Of a DNA stretch of 64,000 nt, positions 12,242-24,700 are shown in pieces. The position numbers and the translations under genes were made by a program. Below the pieces are notes generated by a model. It was not told the origin of the DNA, made no database searches, and worked only from the letters and a program-made list of their open reading frames with translations. Source of the DNA: Macrostomum lignano (taxonomy: Eukaryota); assembly GCA_002269645.1 (NCBI GenBank), contig NIVC01000570.1, positions 310,001 through 374,000 of the forward strand, read 5' to 3'. How positions within the stretch are numbered: the first letter of the stretch is position 1; each line of letters starts with the position of its first letter.

Positions 12242-13755
12242 AAACCAACTGACAGATGTATATTAATTAGTAAGCCGAGAAGGATCACAATGTTTTATAT
12301 GTTGCTTCTGCCATTTTTAAATCGTTTGTACATATATATTATTTATTTATGCGATTATACTTTGCTCATGGTTTTTACATATTAATGGATCCATAGTTGG
12401 TTGGCTGACTTTGTTTCAAAGCGGTCGATTCATAGTGTCACGTTATTGGCGTAGCGGCTAACTATGGCTATGACCCTTAAAAGGGCCGTTTTGACGAGAG
12501 TTGTAGTGAGTCGTAGTCTCAAAATAAGTTGAAGTCAACTCTTGTAAAGCGGATTTTGTAGCGGAGCACTTGGCGATAAAGGCAGGAACTGCCGTAGTTG
12601 TTTTTATTGGTAGTATCAATATTAGGCTTGGTTATTACTGTCAATACACAAACTATAGCTTTCTGGGCACTGGCGGCTGCAACAATGGTTTTTGAAGATA
12701 AATTGAATGTGAAGTCAAGTGGCAGACGAATGATGCAATGGCGACGTAACGTGATGAGCAATGGCAATGAGCACAGTGAAGGCAGTGAGACGCAGTAGGC
12801 AGGCAGATGAGCAGTGGCGAGGTTGGCGTCAGCCGTGGCGTGAGATAAGGAGGCTCGAGGCAGCCAGACAGAGAGAAGGAAAACAAGGCTAGACAAGGCT
12901 AGGCAAGCCAGACGGGACGGAGGACAAGCCTAAGGAGAGAGAACACCGAACACAAGTGAAGCCCCCAGCCCGCCAGGCGAAGGTTAATAAAGAGCGCAAA
13001 AGGGGGTAGCGTAAAACACGGAGAGTTTTCATTGGCTGGCGAGAGAACTTGAAATTATCGATCGTGCCAAAATTCACAGACGAGCGCAAGGCCTACCAAA
13101 TACACAGTGAAATAGCAGTTGATACAGATTATTTGCACGCTACTATAAGTAAACGTTAAAATAAACTATTGGAGAAATTAATATGAGAAATTGCAAGGGA
13201 AACTATAGTCCAACGGCCCTTTTGCTGGACCACTTAAACTAGCAACGTCACAATAGTGTTGTTAAATAATCGTGTGTAAAGTGCATGCCGTTACCGTTCT
13301 GCATACGTTATAAAATTTGTTTGTATAAATATTTAAGTGGTTTATTGACCAAGATTCCGTTGCTGGTTGTTGACGTAAAAACTGTGTCCGAGTCATGCAC
13401 AAACAATTTCAGATGGGTCAAGATTTTAATCATGGCCGGTTGTTGTCAAACTTGTCCTCGTAGATGCCAAATGTGTGTGATTATAATTGTCAATTTTGTT
13501 GTACTAGTGACTGTAATAAAAACTGCTAACATTGTGTATGTATATATGTATGTATGTATGTATGCGTCTGTTTGTCAAAGCTGTGTTCAATTGAGACAAA
13601 TCTGAGTACATGACTAAAAACCGATATAACAGAAAAAATAAAAAAATCAAACCAGCATACGAACAATGGATAATAACTGTCAATAAGCTGATTAAAATTT
13701 TCGTTTAATTATAATATAGTTTCAATAAACATATAGTTACAAAGGTGAGCAATTC
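12242..13755 (+). repeat. Segment A copy 2, interrupted by a solo LTR
   Basis: Colinear with 4573-5264 on both sides of the LTR. Confidence 0.9.
12436..13252. mobile_element. Solo LTR, 817 bp
   Basis: TGTCACG...AACGTCACA termini; 4-bp TSD ATAG at 12432-12435 and 13253-13256; the empty site is visible in segment A copy 1 (~4750). Confidence 0.85.
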
Positions 13756-14119
13756 TCTTTTTTGTTTTCATTTTTCTTCGTAGTGTCAGAAGTTGTCTGG
13801 GTCGCTTCATACTAAAAGTCAGTCAAATAGTTCGAGAAGGCACCGCGTCTGGACGAGGCAGCGTCTCAGTAACTGGGTGACCGAGTGTTGGTCGTAGTGT
13901 CCTGCTGTTCGAATGCAAGCAGTTGTCCAGAACAAAGATGGTTGACTGTTGGCGACCACACACCTGGCAGTCAGTGGTTGGGTAGCGGTATGATGTTGTA
14001 ATACATTAATTTAGAATTTAGAAAGTAGACGAACTAACAAAGAACCGAATTGTTTTGTGTTTTGAAATATATTTAAATGGGTGTATGGATAGATGTAGTC
14101 AGACGAGATAAAAAGAGGC

Positions 14120-14124
<5 letters not shown>

Positions 14125-14202
<78 letters not shown>
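14125..14202. repeat. (GA)n microsatellite
   Basis: Direct reading; abuts the left Polinton TSD. Confidence 0.97.
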
Positions 14203-14205
<3 letters not shown>

Positions 14206-14211
14206 TGCATA

Positions 14212-15045
14212 AGTAGAAGGCATGAGGGGGCTTTTGGGACAAAATTTTTCACGTCTTCCATAATCCCATTAACTCCATCCATATTATCCCTGACAGAATC
14301 AGAAAAAAAGGGGGGTCGCACTCGCTCACAAAACGTCCTCCATAATCCCATTAAATCCATCCATATTATCCCTGACAGAATCAGAAAAAAGGGGGGGTCG
14401 CACTCGCTCACAAAACGTCCTCCATAATCCATTAAATCCATCCATATTATCCCCGACAGAATCAGTGCATAACAGGTGTCCTACTTGCTCCAAAAACTTC
14501 GAACATAATCCCATTAAATCCATCCATATTATCCCTGAATCAAAGCATAACAGGTGTCGCACTCGCTCACAAAACGTCATCTATAATCCTCCTAACCTAT
14601 CCTCCTTCCTCCACGACAGAATCAGAGCATAACAAGTGTCCTACATAATCCACCGACATCCACCCATAGCATATTCGAAACAATCAGAAAATAATCTGCA
14701 TTCTTCTCCCCACATTCAATCCGAAGCGGCGAAACCAGATCCTAAAGACTTTAAATACCCAAACCCAGGGTCCTTACCCTTTGAAAAAATCTAAATTCTC
14801 TCTAAAAATGCTTCCAGTTGTCTCTCCAGGTTCTTATTACAAAGCACACGAGCCTAATTACAAATCCAAGTACCGATGCAAACTTGAATGCAGCGAATAC
14901 ATGAGAAAATATTGGCCTGGCGTTGATATCAATGTCCCTAATATTAATCTAGCTCTCCAAAGACATTGGTTTCATAAGTATGGAGTAACCTATGTAAAAG
15001 ATTATGACAGCTACTATAACTTTGCAGAAATCATTAGGCAATTGT
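14212..15045 (+). repeat. Polinton left TIR (~830 bp, internal tandem subrepeats, includes a small ORF)
   Basis: Reverse complement of ~28411-29238; near-identical at the tip, diverging inward. Confidence 0.85.
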
Positions 15046-15047
15046 GA
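14781..15047 (+). CDS. Small unknown protein encoded in the left TIR
   Basis: MLPVVSPGSYYKAHEPNYKSKYRCKLEC...; homologous ORF in the right TIR. Confidence 0.45.
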   Translation: MKKSKFSLKMLPVVSPGSYYKAHEPNYKSKYRCKLECSEYMRKYWPGVDINVPNINLALQRHWFHKYGVTYVKDYDSYYNFAEIIRQL

Positions 15048-15051
15048 TTTC

Positions 15052-15927
15052 TTACATTCTCTCAATGATTAACGTCAATACAAACTCTTCACCGTTGAAA
15101 TCAACACCCATCCCATCTTCAGTCTCAAACTGTAGCACAATCTCGTGAATCTCCTTATTACTCAATACAACTCTTTTCACTGGATTTGGTTTCTCTACCA
15201 CCATCTGTCCTCCAGCAACAGAGTTGGAGATGTTGTACAAAATATTAGTTCGCTTTCCCTTAAATACCCAATCAAGACTGAGATTGCTTCTGATTAGAAT
15301 ATTCAAACCCTTTACAATGTCTGCAATATTGGGTGCTAAGAACAAACCGCTTACACTTTCCCGGACCATTCTAACAGTCCCCGATGCTTGAGTGGCGGTC
15401 CGCACCGCGGATTCTGCCTTATAAACTTTCTTCTCGAATCCCAGTTCCCTATACCAAGTGTCATCTTTAAACTCAACCTCCGCATCTTTGTGAACTTGCA
15501 TGACCACTCTCATTACAGTGAGATCATAGGTTAGTTTGACAGGGAACAGTTTCTTCTCTGGCTTACTCGCATCAGGTGTCTCAAAATGGCCTCTCTTAGT
15601 AAAGAAATTTTCTAGAAAGTTATTATAGGTATCCACACTTTGCGTGCTCACATGGAATACCACAGGGTCTGCTGCTGCACCTTTCCATTTGTAATAAAAC
15701 TTATTATTTGCTGCCATCACATTGGGAACGTTTGACCAACCAGTGAAGTCGTTAAGATAGAGATGGTAATTAGCACCTGGATCCAGGCGAATCGCCTGCT
15801 TTAATTTTTCAACAAACATCCCGTTTAAGTCATTAATTCGCCCGGTTATTGTAATAGGAATGCTCTCCTTAGAGTGTGAAACAATGTTGTTTAGTCTTTC
15901 GGCTATAGCTTCCATTTTTTGTCCCAA
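15052..15927 (-). CDS. Minor capsid (penton, single jelly-roll) protein
   Basis: 291 aa adjacent to MCP; C-terminal NILIRSNL...NILY...EKPNP...IHEIVLQFETEDGMGVDFNGEEFVLTL pattern typical of Polinton mCP. Confidence 0.75.
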   Translation of the reverse strand: MGQKMEAIAERLNNIVSHSKESIPITITGRINDLNGMFVEKLKQAIRLDPGANYHLYLNDFTGWSNVPNVMAANNKFYYKWKGAAADPVVFHVSTQSVDTYNNFLENFFTKRGHFETPDASKPEKKLFPVKLTYDLTVMRVVMQVHKDAEVEFKDDTWYRELGFEKKVYKAESAVRTATQASGTVRMVRESVSGLFLAPNIADIVKGLNILIRSNLSLDWVFKGKRTNILYNISNSVAGGQMVVEKPNPVKRVVLSNKEIHEIVLQFETEDGMGVDFNGEEFVLTLIIERM

Positions 15928-15936
15928 AAAAAATAT

Positions 15937-17223
15937 TTAAACTTTACTGGATGAATTGTTGATCATGTTAAGCTTCACCTTCCTCTCAAATGCATAGATA
16001 ATGTACAGGTCCACGGGTGTTGCGGTAGTCCTTTCAATGTTAGTCACGATATTCACAGGGCTGTTATCAGTAGGCATTTGTCTGGCAGACACATCAGCGC
16101 CAAACATCGGATATAGAGTTCCATATTGAAGAGCAGTGATAGCAATTCCATTGTTCTCTTTCACAGCCAAGTCGACCAACTCGCTGTAAAATTTGCTAAT
16201 CTTGTTCTGACTGAAATCTCCATTTTGTGGCAGTGCAGGGTAAAGATTATCACTGATTTCATGCTGAATGGACCGCACGTCTCCATGCATGTAGCGTATG
16301 ATGCTATTTGGGTTTCTCATATTAATAATGATATACCTTGGATTGCTGCATGATCCCTCTTTAATGCAGATGTTTGTTCTAGTTTCGTTTCGCTCATCTC
16401 GACACATGTAGGCTGTGTATGCAACATCAATGTCCTTCTCTATTGCCTTAAGATAATCCGCTTTTAGTGCAGTCTTTGGCTCAATGACTTCCAAATACAG
16501 CTCGATTCCGGTTAGCTTCACCTCCATCCTTGTGTGGTCCGCCCCAGTCCACAACACTCTACTGCGATCATCTCTAGTCAGTCTAAATGTGTAGCTAAAG
16601 TTACTAGTCAGTCGATTAAATGTATTACAGAATCCACTCATGAATCTCAATGGTACAAATACATCAACAGACCGATACTGCGGGTTCTTAGCAGCATCAT
16701 CTGCACCTTGCAATGCATAGTTGTATCTCTTCTTCCTATTTTTATAACCACTATCATTGATATCTCCTTCTTTTTGGTCTGCAATAAAACCCGCGCCACT
16801 TCCCAATTGAATAAAATCAGGATTCTCGATCAAACAATGAGCGTCATAGACAATTCCAAAGTTGGCGATTCGCTCCAACTCAGTGCTCCCATTCGATACA
16901 CTAAACTCCTTGAACATGTACGCCCAAAAGTTACTGATCAGAGCCACATCCGCATCATGCTTGTCAACGTTAGCACGAGCCGCATCCGCACCACCCTTTG
17001 TCTTGAATTGAAATGTCATATGGAAGCCGCTCTTAAGACTGTGCGCACTAACAAAGGACGAACATCCATTGTATGTAAATGTCAGTGTTTGGCCAGGACC
17101 AAGATTTGTTTCATTCTGATTTTCCTGACTGGGAACTCTTACCTGAGTCGCTTTGATTGTGCTATCATCACTCAAAATAGGCTTGTTAATTTTGTAGAAA
17201 ACTGGTGTCAGTGGGTCGTTCAT
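15937..17223 (-). CDS. Major capsid protein (double jelly-roll)
   Basis: 428 aa, beta-rich; motifs AYMFKEFSV..GSTELE, VFVPLRFMSGF, LTGIELYL, PRYIII, YPMFGADVS; intact ORF. Confidence 0.8.
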   Translation of the reverse strand: MNDPLTPVFYKINKPILSDDSTIKATQVRVPSQENQNETNLGPGQTLTFTYNGCSSFVSAHSLKSGFHMTFQFKTKGGADAARANVDKHDADVALISNFWAYMFKEFSVSNGSTELERIANFGIVYDAHCLIENPDFIQLGSGAGFIADQKEGDINDSGYKNRKKRYNYALQGADDAAKNPQYRSVDVFVPLRFMSGFCNTFNRLTSNFSYTFRLTRDDRSRVLWTGADHTRMEVKLTGIELYLEVIEPKTALKADYLKAIEKDIDVAYTAYMCRDERNETRTNICIKEGSCSNPRYIIINMRNPNSIIRYMHGDVRSIQHEISDNLYPALPQNGDFSQNKISKFYSELVDLAVKENNGIAITALQYGTLYPMFGADVSARQMPTDNSPVNIVTNIERTTATPVDLYIIYAFERKVKLNMINNSSSKV

Positions 17224-17253
17224 TTTTTAACTAAAAATAAAATAAAATAAGAA

Positions 17254-18468
17254 ATGAAGCGAAAAAGTACACAGCAGATATCTGAACTAGAAAAGCTGGC
17301 GCAGGCAGAAAAGAGAGTTACCGGGCTAATCAATAAGGAGCAACAATCCTACAATGAGTTTGTCCAAGCAGCCACAGAGTTTCATAAGCCCGGGTATGGA
17401 GAAGCTAAGAAAAATATTGATCAGGTCAAAGAAACTATCGACGACATACAGGAAACCCAAGTGCAAAAGGTTTTGGGCAAAATTCCAGAAGCACCACAGA
17501 TACAGCCGCAACCACAACAACCACAACCACAACAACAGCAACTAAAAGTGACAGATAACATTTTTGGACCAGTAGAGCGTGTCGAACATGATGGGAAATA
17601 TGTATTTGGAATAAGTATGTGGAGAAAAAACATTTATAATGAACCAGTGGAATATTATATCGACATAAATAAGGAAAATATTTCTGTTGTCAAATGCTCA
17701 GAAGCTATGAAAATTCCTTTCACAGACGCCTTACTGACTTTTATGACCAAGAACCAAGAGAGAATCTCGGACAAGCAGCTAAAGAACTACAGAGATCTAG
17801 TGACTTTTTCTCTTGCTAGAGATATAGAAATACTAAAGGTCCCAGAAGTTCTGAAACACATGTACAATGGCAGTGTCAACCTGACTAAATTTAAAAAGTA
17901 CAAGCACTTTAAACAATGGTTTGGTTTGCCAGATCAGGGGGAAGTCATTGATCAGATGAAATATCTAGAACAACAACCACAACCACAACAACAACAACGA
18001 CCGCCACAACAGCAGCAACATTTCACAGAAGAACAAGTACTCAGGCAACTGGAAAATGCAGATCCGACTCAAGTAGCTAAATATAAAAATGATCACCCAA
18101 ATGCCTGGCAACAACTAGAAAATATCTCCCCAGATCGAATGAATAGAATCAATCAAAGAGTTTTCACACCTCAACAAAGACAGGCACCACATGACAGTTC
18201 CATCTCTGAAAGCGAGCAGTCTTTTGCATCACCTCCCCAGCAGCTACAAGCCCAACCAACTCCACAACCCCAAGACCAACCACCCAAATCTGGAAAAGGA
18301 ATAGCTGAAATCTACAAGCGAGTAGCGGTTCTTCTAGGAGCGGCAAAGACCGGAATGAAAGACGAGAATAGAAAAGAATTTGTCAACATCCTGGACAAAA
18401 TGCTTGAGAGAAAATACATCGATAAGAGGGCGAAAGAGCTTCTGCTTTCGCGGTTCAACAAAAAATAA
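17254..18468 (+). CDS. Polinton Gln/Pro-rich protein with C-terminal KSGKG-I...RVAVLLGAAKTG...EFVNILDKM motif
   Basis: 404-aa ORF with A-rich ATG context; the C-terminal motif resembles one recurrent in Maverick ORFs (from memory). Confidence 0.6.
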   Translation: MKRKSTQQISELEKLAQAEKRVTGLINKEQQSYNEFVQAATEFHKPGYGEAKKNIDQVKETIDDIQETQVQKVLGKIPEAPQIQPQPQQPQPQQQQLKVTDNIFGPVERVEHDGKYVFGISMWRKNIYNEPVEYYIDINKENISVVKCSEAMKIPFTDALLTFMTKNQERISDKQLKNYRDLVTFSLARDIEILKVPEVLKHMYNGSVNLTKFKKYKHFKQWFGLPDQGEVIDQMKYLEQQPQPQQQQRPPQQQQHFTEEQVLRQLENADPTQVAKYKNDHPNAWQQLENISPDRMNRINQRVFTPQQRQAPHDSSISESEQSFASPPQQLQAQPTPQPQDQPPKSGKGIAEIYKRVAVLLGAAKTGMKDENRKEFVNILDKMLERKYIDKRAKELLLSRFNKK

Positions 18469-18487
18469 TTTATTTCTATTTAAAAAG

Positions 18488-18868
18488 ATGCCAATTATTT
18501 TCGAAAAAGACATTGACAAATACTATGATAAAGAGGAACTCAATCTCATTAAACGCGGATCTGGACTTTTCCCTGCAGGCCACTATCCAAGAAAAGAACG
18601 CTCAGGGAACGGTCTTGCCGATTTGATCGCTCAGGGGGCCAAGATTTTTAAGGTCATTGGAGAGAACAAAGAGAACATCAAGAACGTTGCCGAAGCGGCT
18701 GGCAGTGTAGCCACAGCAGCCAAAAAGATTAAAGATACGGTTAATGAAACCCGGAAATCAGTACCAGATATTCAACCCCTTGCACCGAGTGCAGATAGTG
18801 TCGATCCAGCCATCTACGCAAAGATGAGAGCTGAATATAAGAAAGGAGGCGGTTTTAAATTTGACTAA
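18488..18868 (+). CDS. Small putative virion core protein with GxG motifs and an amphipathic helix
   Basis: ATG at 18488 (MPIIFEK...); RGSGL, SGNGLADLIAQGAKIFKVIG, KGGGF. Confidence 0.55.
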   Translation: MPIIFEKDIDKYYDKEELNLIKRGSGLFPAGHYPRKERSGNGLADLIAQGAKIFKVIGENKENIKNVAEAAGSVATAAKKIKDTVNETRKSVPDIQPLAPSADSVDPAIYAKMRAEYKKGGGFKFD

Positions 18869-19072
18869 TTTGGTGCACCCTGACGGTAAAAGAGGTGTGA
18901 GGGTGTAGGACTGGTCGGATGTAGGACTAGTAGAAAAAAAGACACACAAGTACACAACCCGAAAAAAAGACACACACATCCCGTAAAGAGACACACACAT
19001 ACACATCCCGCAAAGAGACACACGCGTCTTAAATACACAAGTTTAAAAAGAAAAAGTTTTTTACATAAAAAA

Positions 19073-19881
19073 ATGGACTTCACAAACGAATTTTGGTGAA
19101 ATGCAATCACTGGACACGCAATCAGATAAATTTTGCTCACAACGAGATAATTCCAGGGCACTTCCGATGCATTGTTGTTGGCTCATCTGGGTCAGGGAAA
19201 ACCTTCAGAGTTTTTAACATGCTCCTCAGACCTGGATTCCTCGATTATGACACACTACATATCTATTCACCCACTCTGTATCAAGATGAGTATAAAATGC
19301 TAGTAGCGGGCCTACAGAACAAACTCAACAAGGAAGATATTATTCAATGTTTTAGACATCAAAAAGACCTCAACAGCAACCCGGAAGTTGTAGCCACTGA
19401 ATACGCAAAGCACATCCCAGACAATGAAAAATGGCAAAATATTAAAGTTTTCACTTATGGAGATCCACAGATAGATCCTAAAACTAAACTCTTACCTCAA
19501 CCTGATGAGCTAGAAAAGGGGAGAAAGCACCTGATTGTCTTTGATGACTGCATGACCGGTCCCCAGAAACAGATAGAAAATTATTTCACCCGGGGTAGAC
19601 ACAATAACTGCAATGTTATTTACATTGCCCAAAACTGGTTTGAACTGCCAAATAAAACAATTAGAGGTAACTGTAATTTGATTCTCCTTTTCCCAACCAT
19701 ACCACAGGATCGACTGAAACGATTTTATAATGAGGTCATTGCCCCAGCTCACATTACATATCCAGCTAAGAACTCTAACAGAACAATATCACAGGAGGAA
19801 TTTGTTAACATATGCTATGAAAAGTGGAACCAACCCTATCAGTTTGTCATGATTAATAAGGAGAAAAGAATTTTAATTTAA
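19073..19881 (+). pseudogene. A32/FtsK-like DNA packaging ATPase with a 1-bp frameshift near the start
   Basis: GSSGSGKT (Walker A), LIVFDD (Walker B), RGRHNN, YIAQNWFELP. ATG at 19073 (MDFTNEF) is out of frame by one T in a T-run. Confidence 0.88.
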
Positions 19882-19897
19882 TTTTTTATTTAAAAAA

Positions 19898-20551
19898 ATG
19901 TCAGTAAATTTTGCAGGTGAGTCAACTACAGGCAACAGCACTCTCACAACTTCCTTCCTTGACAAGCGCTACATTAACACTGATGAAGAGATCCCAGAGA
20001 TTAAACTGAATAAAAACAGACTGAAACAATTAGAGCGCTCCATGCACCAGCTACAACAGATAAACATAGAAGATCTCCGCATAAAAGTAGCCAGGCAGAA
20101 GTTTGAAAGTGATAAGCTTTATGTACAGGTTGTACACGCAACTAATGAACTTAGGTCATAGATAACTTCGGCGGTCTCGCAAATCAACGGCTTGAGATCG
20201 ACAGTTAATCTTCTGGGAAATTCCACTGATAGACGGATGCGTATTCTTGAAGGAGGAGTTTTCACAAACACAGCTAAAGTGAATAATTTAGAAGAGTTCA
20301 TGAACCAGTCAACAGCATTGCATGATAGAATTAAAGAAAGACTTGATGCATTAGAGAGAAACGATGTATCACACAGTAGCTATCTAAACGGAATGTATAG
20401 CTCTTGGGGTAAAATAATAAGGAGGCTTAATCGTCTGGAGAGAACACTCAATCTTCGCGATATTGCTATTGATGAAGCAGAATCTGCTGCTCGTCCGGTC
20501 ATTACTGCAGATGAAATTATCAAAAAGAAAACAGATCTTCAAACCGGATAG
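19898..20551 (+). pseudogene. Coiled-coil protein split by an in-frame TAG
   Basis: ORFs 19898..20161 and 20192..20551 share a frame and are separated only by TAG 20159-20161. Confidence 0.6.
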
Positions 20552-20587
20552 TTTTATAATTTTTTTTATTTTTTCTAGAGAAAAAAA

Positions 20588-21310
20588 ATGGCCCAACAAA
20601 ATTCTCTATACGATCAGTCTCAATACGCTGAACCTAAAATACCGACAGCACCAAACTCAATGGCACCGAATTCGAACACACAAAGCATGAATGCACCGAA
20701 TCTGAATGCACCTCAATATGAGCAACAAAAACTCTACCCCGTCATTTCTTGTAATTCTCAGCAGTTTCGATTGGTGGAGATTCAAAAAATGCGCGATGAT
20801 CTTGAAAAAAATATTTTCCACAACACAAAGAAAATTAAACGCTATGACAGCCACTGTAAATTTTTCGACTACAGCAATATGATTCTAGGATCTGTGTCTG
20901 TTCTATCTGGATCTGCTGCAGCTGTCTCAGTGTTGCCAGCCATCACAGTCCCAATCGCAATTCCACTTGGTTCAGTAGGTGCTGCATGTGGACTTATTTC
21001 AGCAATAACTGGAGCATTAGCGCGAAACAGGCGAAAAAAACTAAAGCAGCTACAGGAGAAGCAAGTAAAAGAGAAAGGGGTGCACACTTCAATCATAGGG
21101 TACATTTCAAGGGCAATCGAGGATAAGTTCATTTCAGAGGATGAGTTCAAAACCATTCAGGATCTTTATGAACAATCAATTCGAATGAACTTGAACATGG
21201 TCGGTACTGATGACATGAGCTCGAGAAAGTTTTTTAACATTATGCGGAAAGAAAGTCGGCAAGAAAGTCGGCAAGAAGGACGACGAGAAATGCACAATGA
21301 ACCCCTATGA
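20588..21310 (+). CDS. Polinton coiled-coil protein with two hydrophobic (TM-like) segments
   Basis: FRLVEIQKMRDDLEK, hydrophobic ILGSVSVLSGSAAAV...LGSVGAACGLISAITGAL, then ISRAIEDKFISEDEF. Confidence 0.6.
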   Translation: MAQQNSLYDQSQYAEPKIPTAPNSMAPNSNTQSMNAPNLNAPQYEQQKLYPVISCNSQQFRLVEIQKMRDDLEKNIFHNTKKIKRYDSHCKFFDYSNMILGSVSVLSGSAAAVSVLPAITVPIAIPLGSVGAACGLISAITGALARNRRKKLKQLQEKQVKEKGVHTSIIGYISRAIEDKFISEDEFKTIQDLYEQSIRMNLNMVGTDDMSSRKFFNIMRKESRQESRQEGRREMHNEPL

Positions 21311-21713
21311 AACACAGGTACGAATAATTTCCTTGTAGGTCTTTCGTGTTTTGGTCATTGCATAGCTCGTACAAAACAGTCATGCACAGCTCACCGCAAA
21401 TATCACTGCTAAGACCTTGGAGAATAAAGTCTGAGCGATAAATTTTTTTATTATTTTTTCCCTTCATATAATTTCTTAGCTCTTCTGGTACTGCCGTCCC
21501 ATAGCTATCGAAGTAATAACACTTGTGCTTGCGATCGGGATCAATCACCCAGCAAACCCAATGAGATCCTGGCTTATCGGTGGTGTCAAAGTTCATGATG
21601 CCGCATTCCTTTCTTAGAGGAAAATCAGGCAGAGTGTCCCTCATAAATATTCCTCTAAAGTTTGGGATTTCCAGTTCGTTAGCCAAATCTTCAAGAAAGT
21701 TATTTGTCGTCAT
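21306..21713 (-). CDS. Adenain-like cysteine protease
   Basis: GSHW (His), YFDSYG (Asp), Q...SDICG (Gln/Cys). The likely true end KTYKEIIRTCVS* at 21306 needs a 1-bp correction in an A-run. Confidence 0.9.
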
Positions 21714-21777
21714 TTTTATGTCATTTTTTATGAGGTTTATTAAACTTTCTCTTAAACCTAAACCTAATCTCCACCTC

Positions 21778-24700
21778 CTAAACCCAACCTCCTAAGCCTA
21801 ATCTCCAGTGCCCGAACGGTAGACTGTTAATATTGTCATCAAAAATGAATCTCTTGTTATCTGCACCTGACAGTCCAATCTTCTTTTGCTGAATTGTGTG
21901 AATAATATGGTTTTTAGATTGTAGCTTTGAGAACTCATGTGATGTCTTTTTGTTGCAATTCAAGGCGTCTCTGTATTCAGCTTCATTAATTTCCTTCCTA
22001 ACCACACGTTTCGGAATTCCCTTTGATTTTTTAATTGGGTCTGACGACTCACATTTTACAAAATAGGACTTTGCTCTCAACCCAATGAATTCAGTGATTA
22101 TGTCACCAGCAATCTCGTCTTCATTTTCCCAATCACTTTCTTGTTAGTGGCGTCAAACACTTGATCGCCATTCTGTGTCCTGCAAGATTCATCATACTCA
22201 GACAAGTCAAACAAATCTTTTTGCTGCAGCATGTCCTGATAAATGTCTTCTGTTTGAATGTCCATAATAAAACTGTCTGTGTCAGTGTACAAGAGTTTCA
22301 TTTTATCCTTGTACTGCTGCTTCATGCCATAGAAGAACTGGTACATCAGACGTTTTGATTCGTCGAGACAGTGACACCTGTATAGATCGGCTTGCGCAGC
22401 GTCACCTTGGTTTTGTAAAATATGATCACACCTAAGTAGCTATTAAAGATATGGAGTTCTTTGAATGTTGGCTTTGACATATTTGCCTGAATAACAGCAG
22501 GCTCTGATGAGGTAACAAGTTTCAGGTTTGTTCTTTTCCGCTCATTCTCAAGAGTCTTGCCATAGACAGAGTTGTTGGCCAACTTAAAGAGGTTCTTGTC
22601 AAAGTCGTTGGTTGCTTTGGTCCTAAACTGGGTGTTCTTATCAATGTAGGGTTTCATCCACGCTTCCTCTGTAAATGTAAGAGCCCGTGAACTTTGGTGA
22701 CCCTGCAACCAAGTGAGATAAAATATGAAGCAGTTTGTAATGGATTTTGTAACGTGTCTTGTTGTTTAGATTCTGTGTTAGTTTCTCTGTATGTTCTTTT
22801 TCTGTTCCTGACAGGTGCCAAGTTCCATTGGGAGTTTCGATTATTTTCGGGCACTTGATGTTCTCTGGGAAGGGTGGAAAGTCAGAGAAATAGTCGTGAA
22901 GCTCTGGTGGAATGTAAACATCAACCTCATAAATGGCAGCCAATGAAAAGTCCCACTTTAGTTCTGATGAGGTAGCCATCGAAAATCTCTAACTGGAAGA
23001 TCTTGACTCATCGCCCACCGTAGAGATTATTAGCGTCCAAGTAAGTAATGTAGTTTGAGGGCTGCTCCTTATTGTAAGATCAATGTAGGGATTGTTTGCT
23101 TTTGCATACCTGTTAACGCAAATTGAGATCCCCCTCGCTTTGACGATTCGACAAAATTGTACATGTCAATGTCTGTAAGAAGTTCAATGTACCAATCTGG
23201 ATCTTGATCCCATTTCATTTTAAGCAAAGATTCCCAGCTAGTGGCAGGCAGAGACACATAATGTGCTGGATCGAGGCCATATGCTGTGTACCAGGTATAT
23301 CTGAAGGTTTCAAACACATCGGCCAGCAGAAACACATCTGTGTAGAGGTAAAGCAGGTGATACTGGAAGAAGTTTTGACAATTAAAGTAATTATAGACAT
23401 GCTTCGCGTGCTCATAGTCTTTGTCAGAGATTCCAGAGTCTGTTAGCTTTGAAAAGAACTTTCTTGTGGTGGTAAACTTCTTCAAATACGTGATACCCAG
23501 TAATATTTTCATAGGGGTAGAAGCCTTTCTTTCTTAAAAGTTTAAATGATTCATCAGTGTTGTTAATTTTACTTGCAAACATCTTTGTATATGTACATTG
23601 TTCATCTTTTAGATTCTTGCTTAGTTCGTCTAGACTGGCAGCTAGAAATTGATATGAATCCTTCAGTCTTATTTTACCTTCACTCGAACCTTCACCTTTA
23701 CCTGAGTTATCCTGTTTAATATCAACACACTTAAACTTCTCCTTGTTCTCTGCGATGCAATCAAGGTGTATGTCTGGAATCATGCCGATTTTTTCAACTA
23801 TTAAATGCATGTCATAGTTCTTTGCGTTGTGACAAAATATCGTTAGATCATGAATGTTCGATTTTAGCTTTAGATTACAGGTGTTATGCGCTGCACCTCT
23901 AAATTTCCCAGTAAAGTGGCAGTGGTCCCTAACGGTGGGGTTTTTAAAATCAGTGCAAGTTAACTGTTTCCTGCAGATGTAGCAATGAGTTGCTGATAGG
24001 AAATTGCTTTCATCCTCCTCAGTCATCATTATTGGAACAGGTTGAAGGGTGCTAATCACTCTTTGCAACTCTAACATTCTGGCAATAAACTGCTCCACAC
24101 ACTGCTCTCCAAAGAAATAATTATACTCAACAAGTCCTTTTGTATTAATAAAGGCATATGCTACTGAATTGGGGACATGTTTTTGAGTTTGGGTTTGTTT
24201 TTGAGTTTGAGTTTGTTTTTGAGTTTGAGTTTGTTTTTTAGTTTGTTTTTGTGTTTCCGGCACGATTGAGCATTCGAAATCAGCATATACAACAAATAGA
24301 AGCTTCTCCATCTTGTGATAGTTCTTAAACCGGAGATACTTCTCTTCAGCTGAAGGAAGAGAGCAGTTTGTTGGGTGATCCTCGCATGATAATTCATGCT
24401 CTGTTCGTTTTTCAAAGCGTTCAGGTCCACTGTAATGCTTAAGGCACAAGCGGCAGATGGCAACAGCCTCGTGATGATTATTCAACTGCTTGTGAATGAG
24501 TCTTGAAAGATCTTTAATCCAAACATAGTGAGCCTCCTCTAGTAAATTACCAATCACTAGAAGATCCACTTCAGTCCGCCTTTTCCCTTCACGATCTAAA
24601 ACGTCTTTGCTACATCTGACCGGTTGAACTTTCTCAGTTTTTTCACTCCACTCAAAGACTGTGATTCTAATTTTGTTATTAAACACTTCTTCTAGCTTAG

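Noticed and set aside
16534-17250. 238-aa + strand ORF
   Set aside because: Antisense shadow of the major capsid gene with no recognisable motifs
23870-24000. Endonuclease VII-like Zn motif inside pPolB as a novelty
   Set aside because: This insertion is already common in Polinton polymerases
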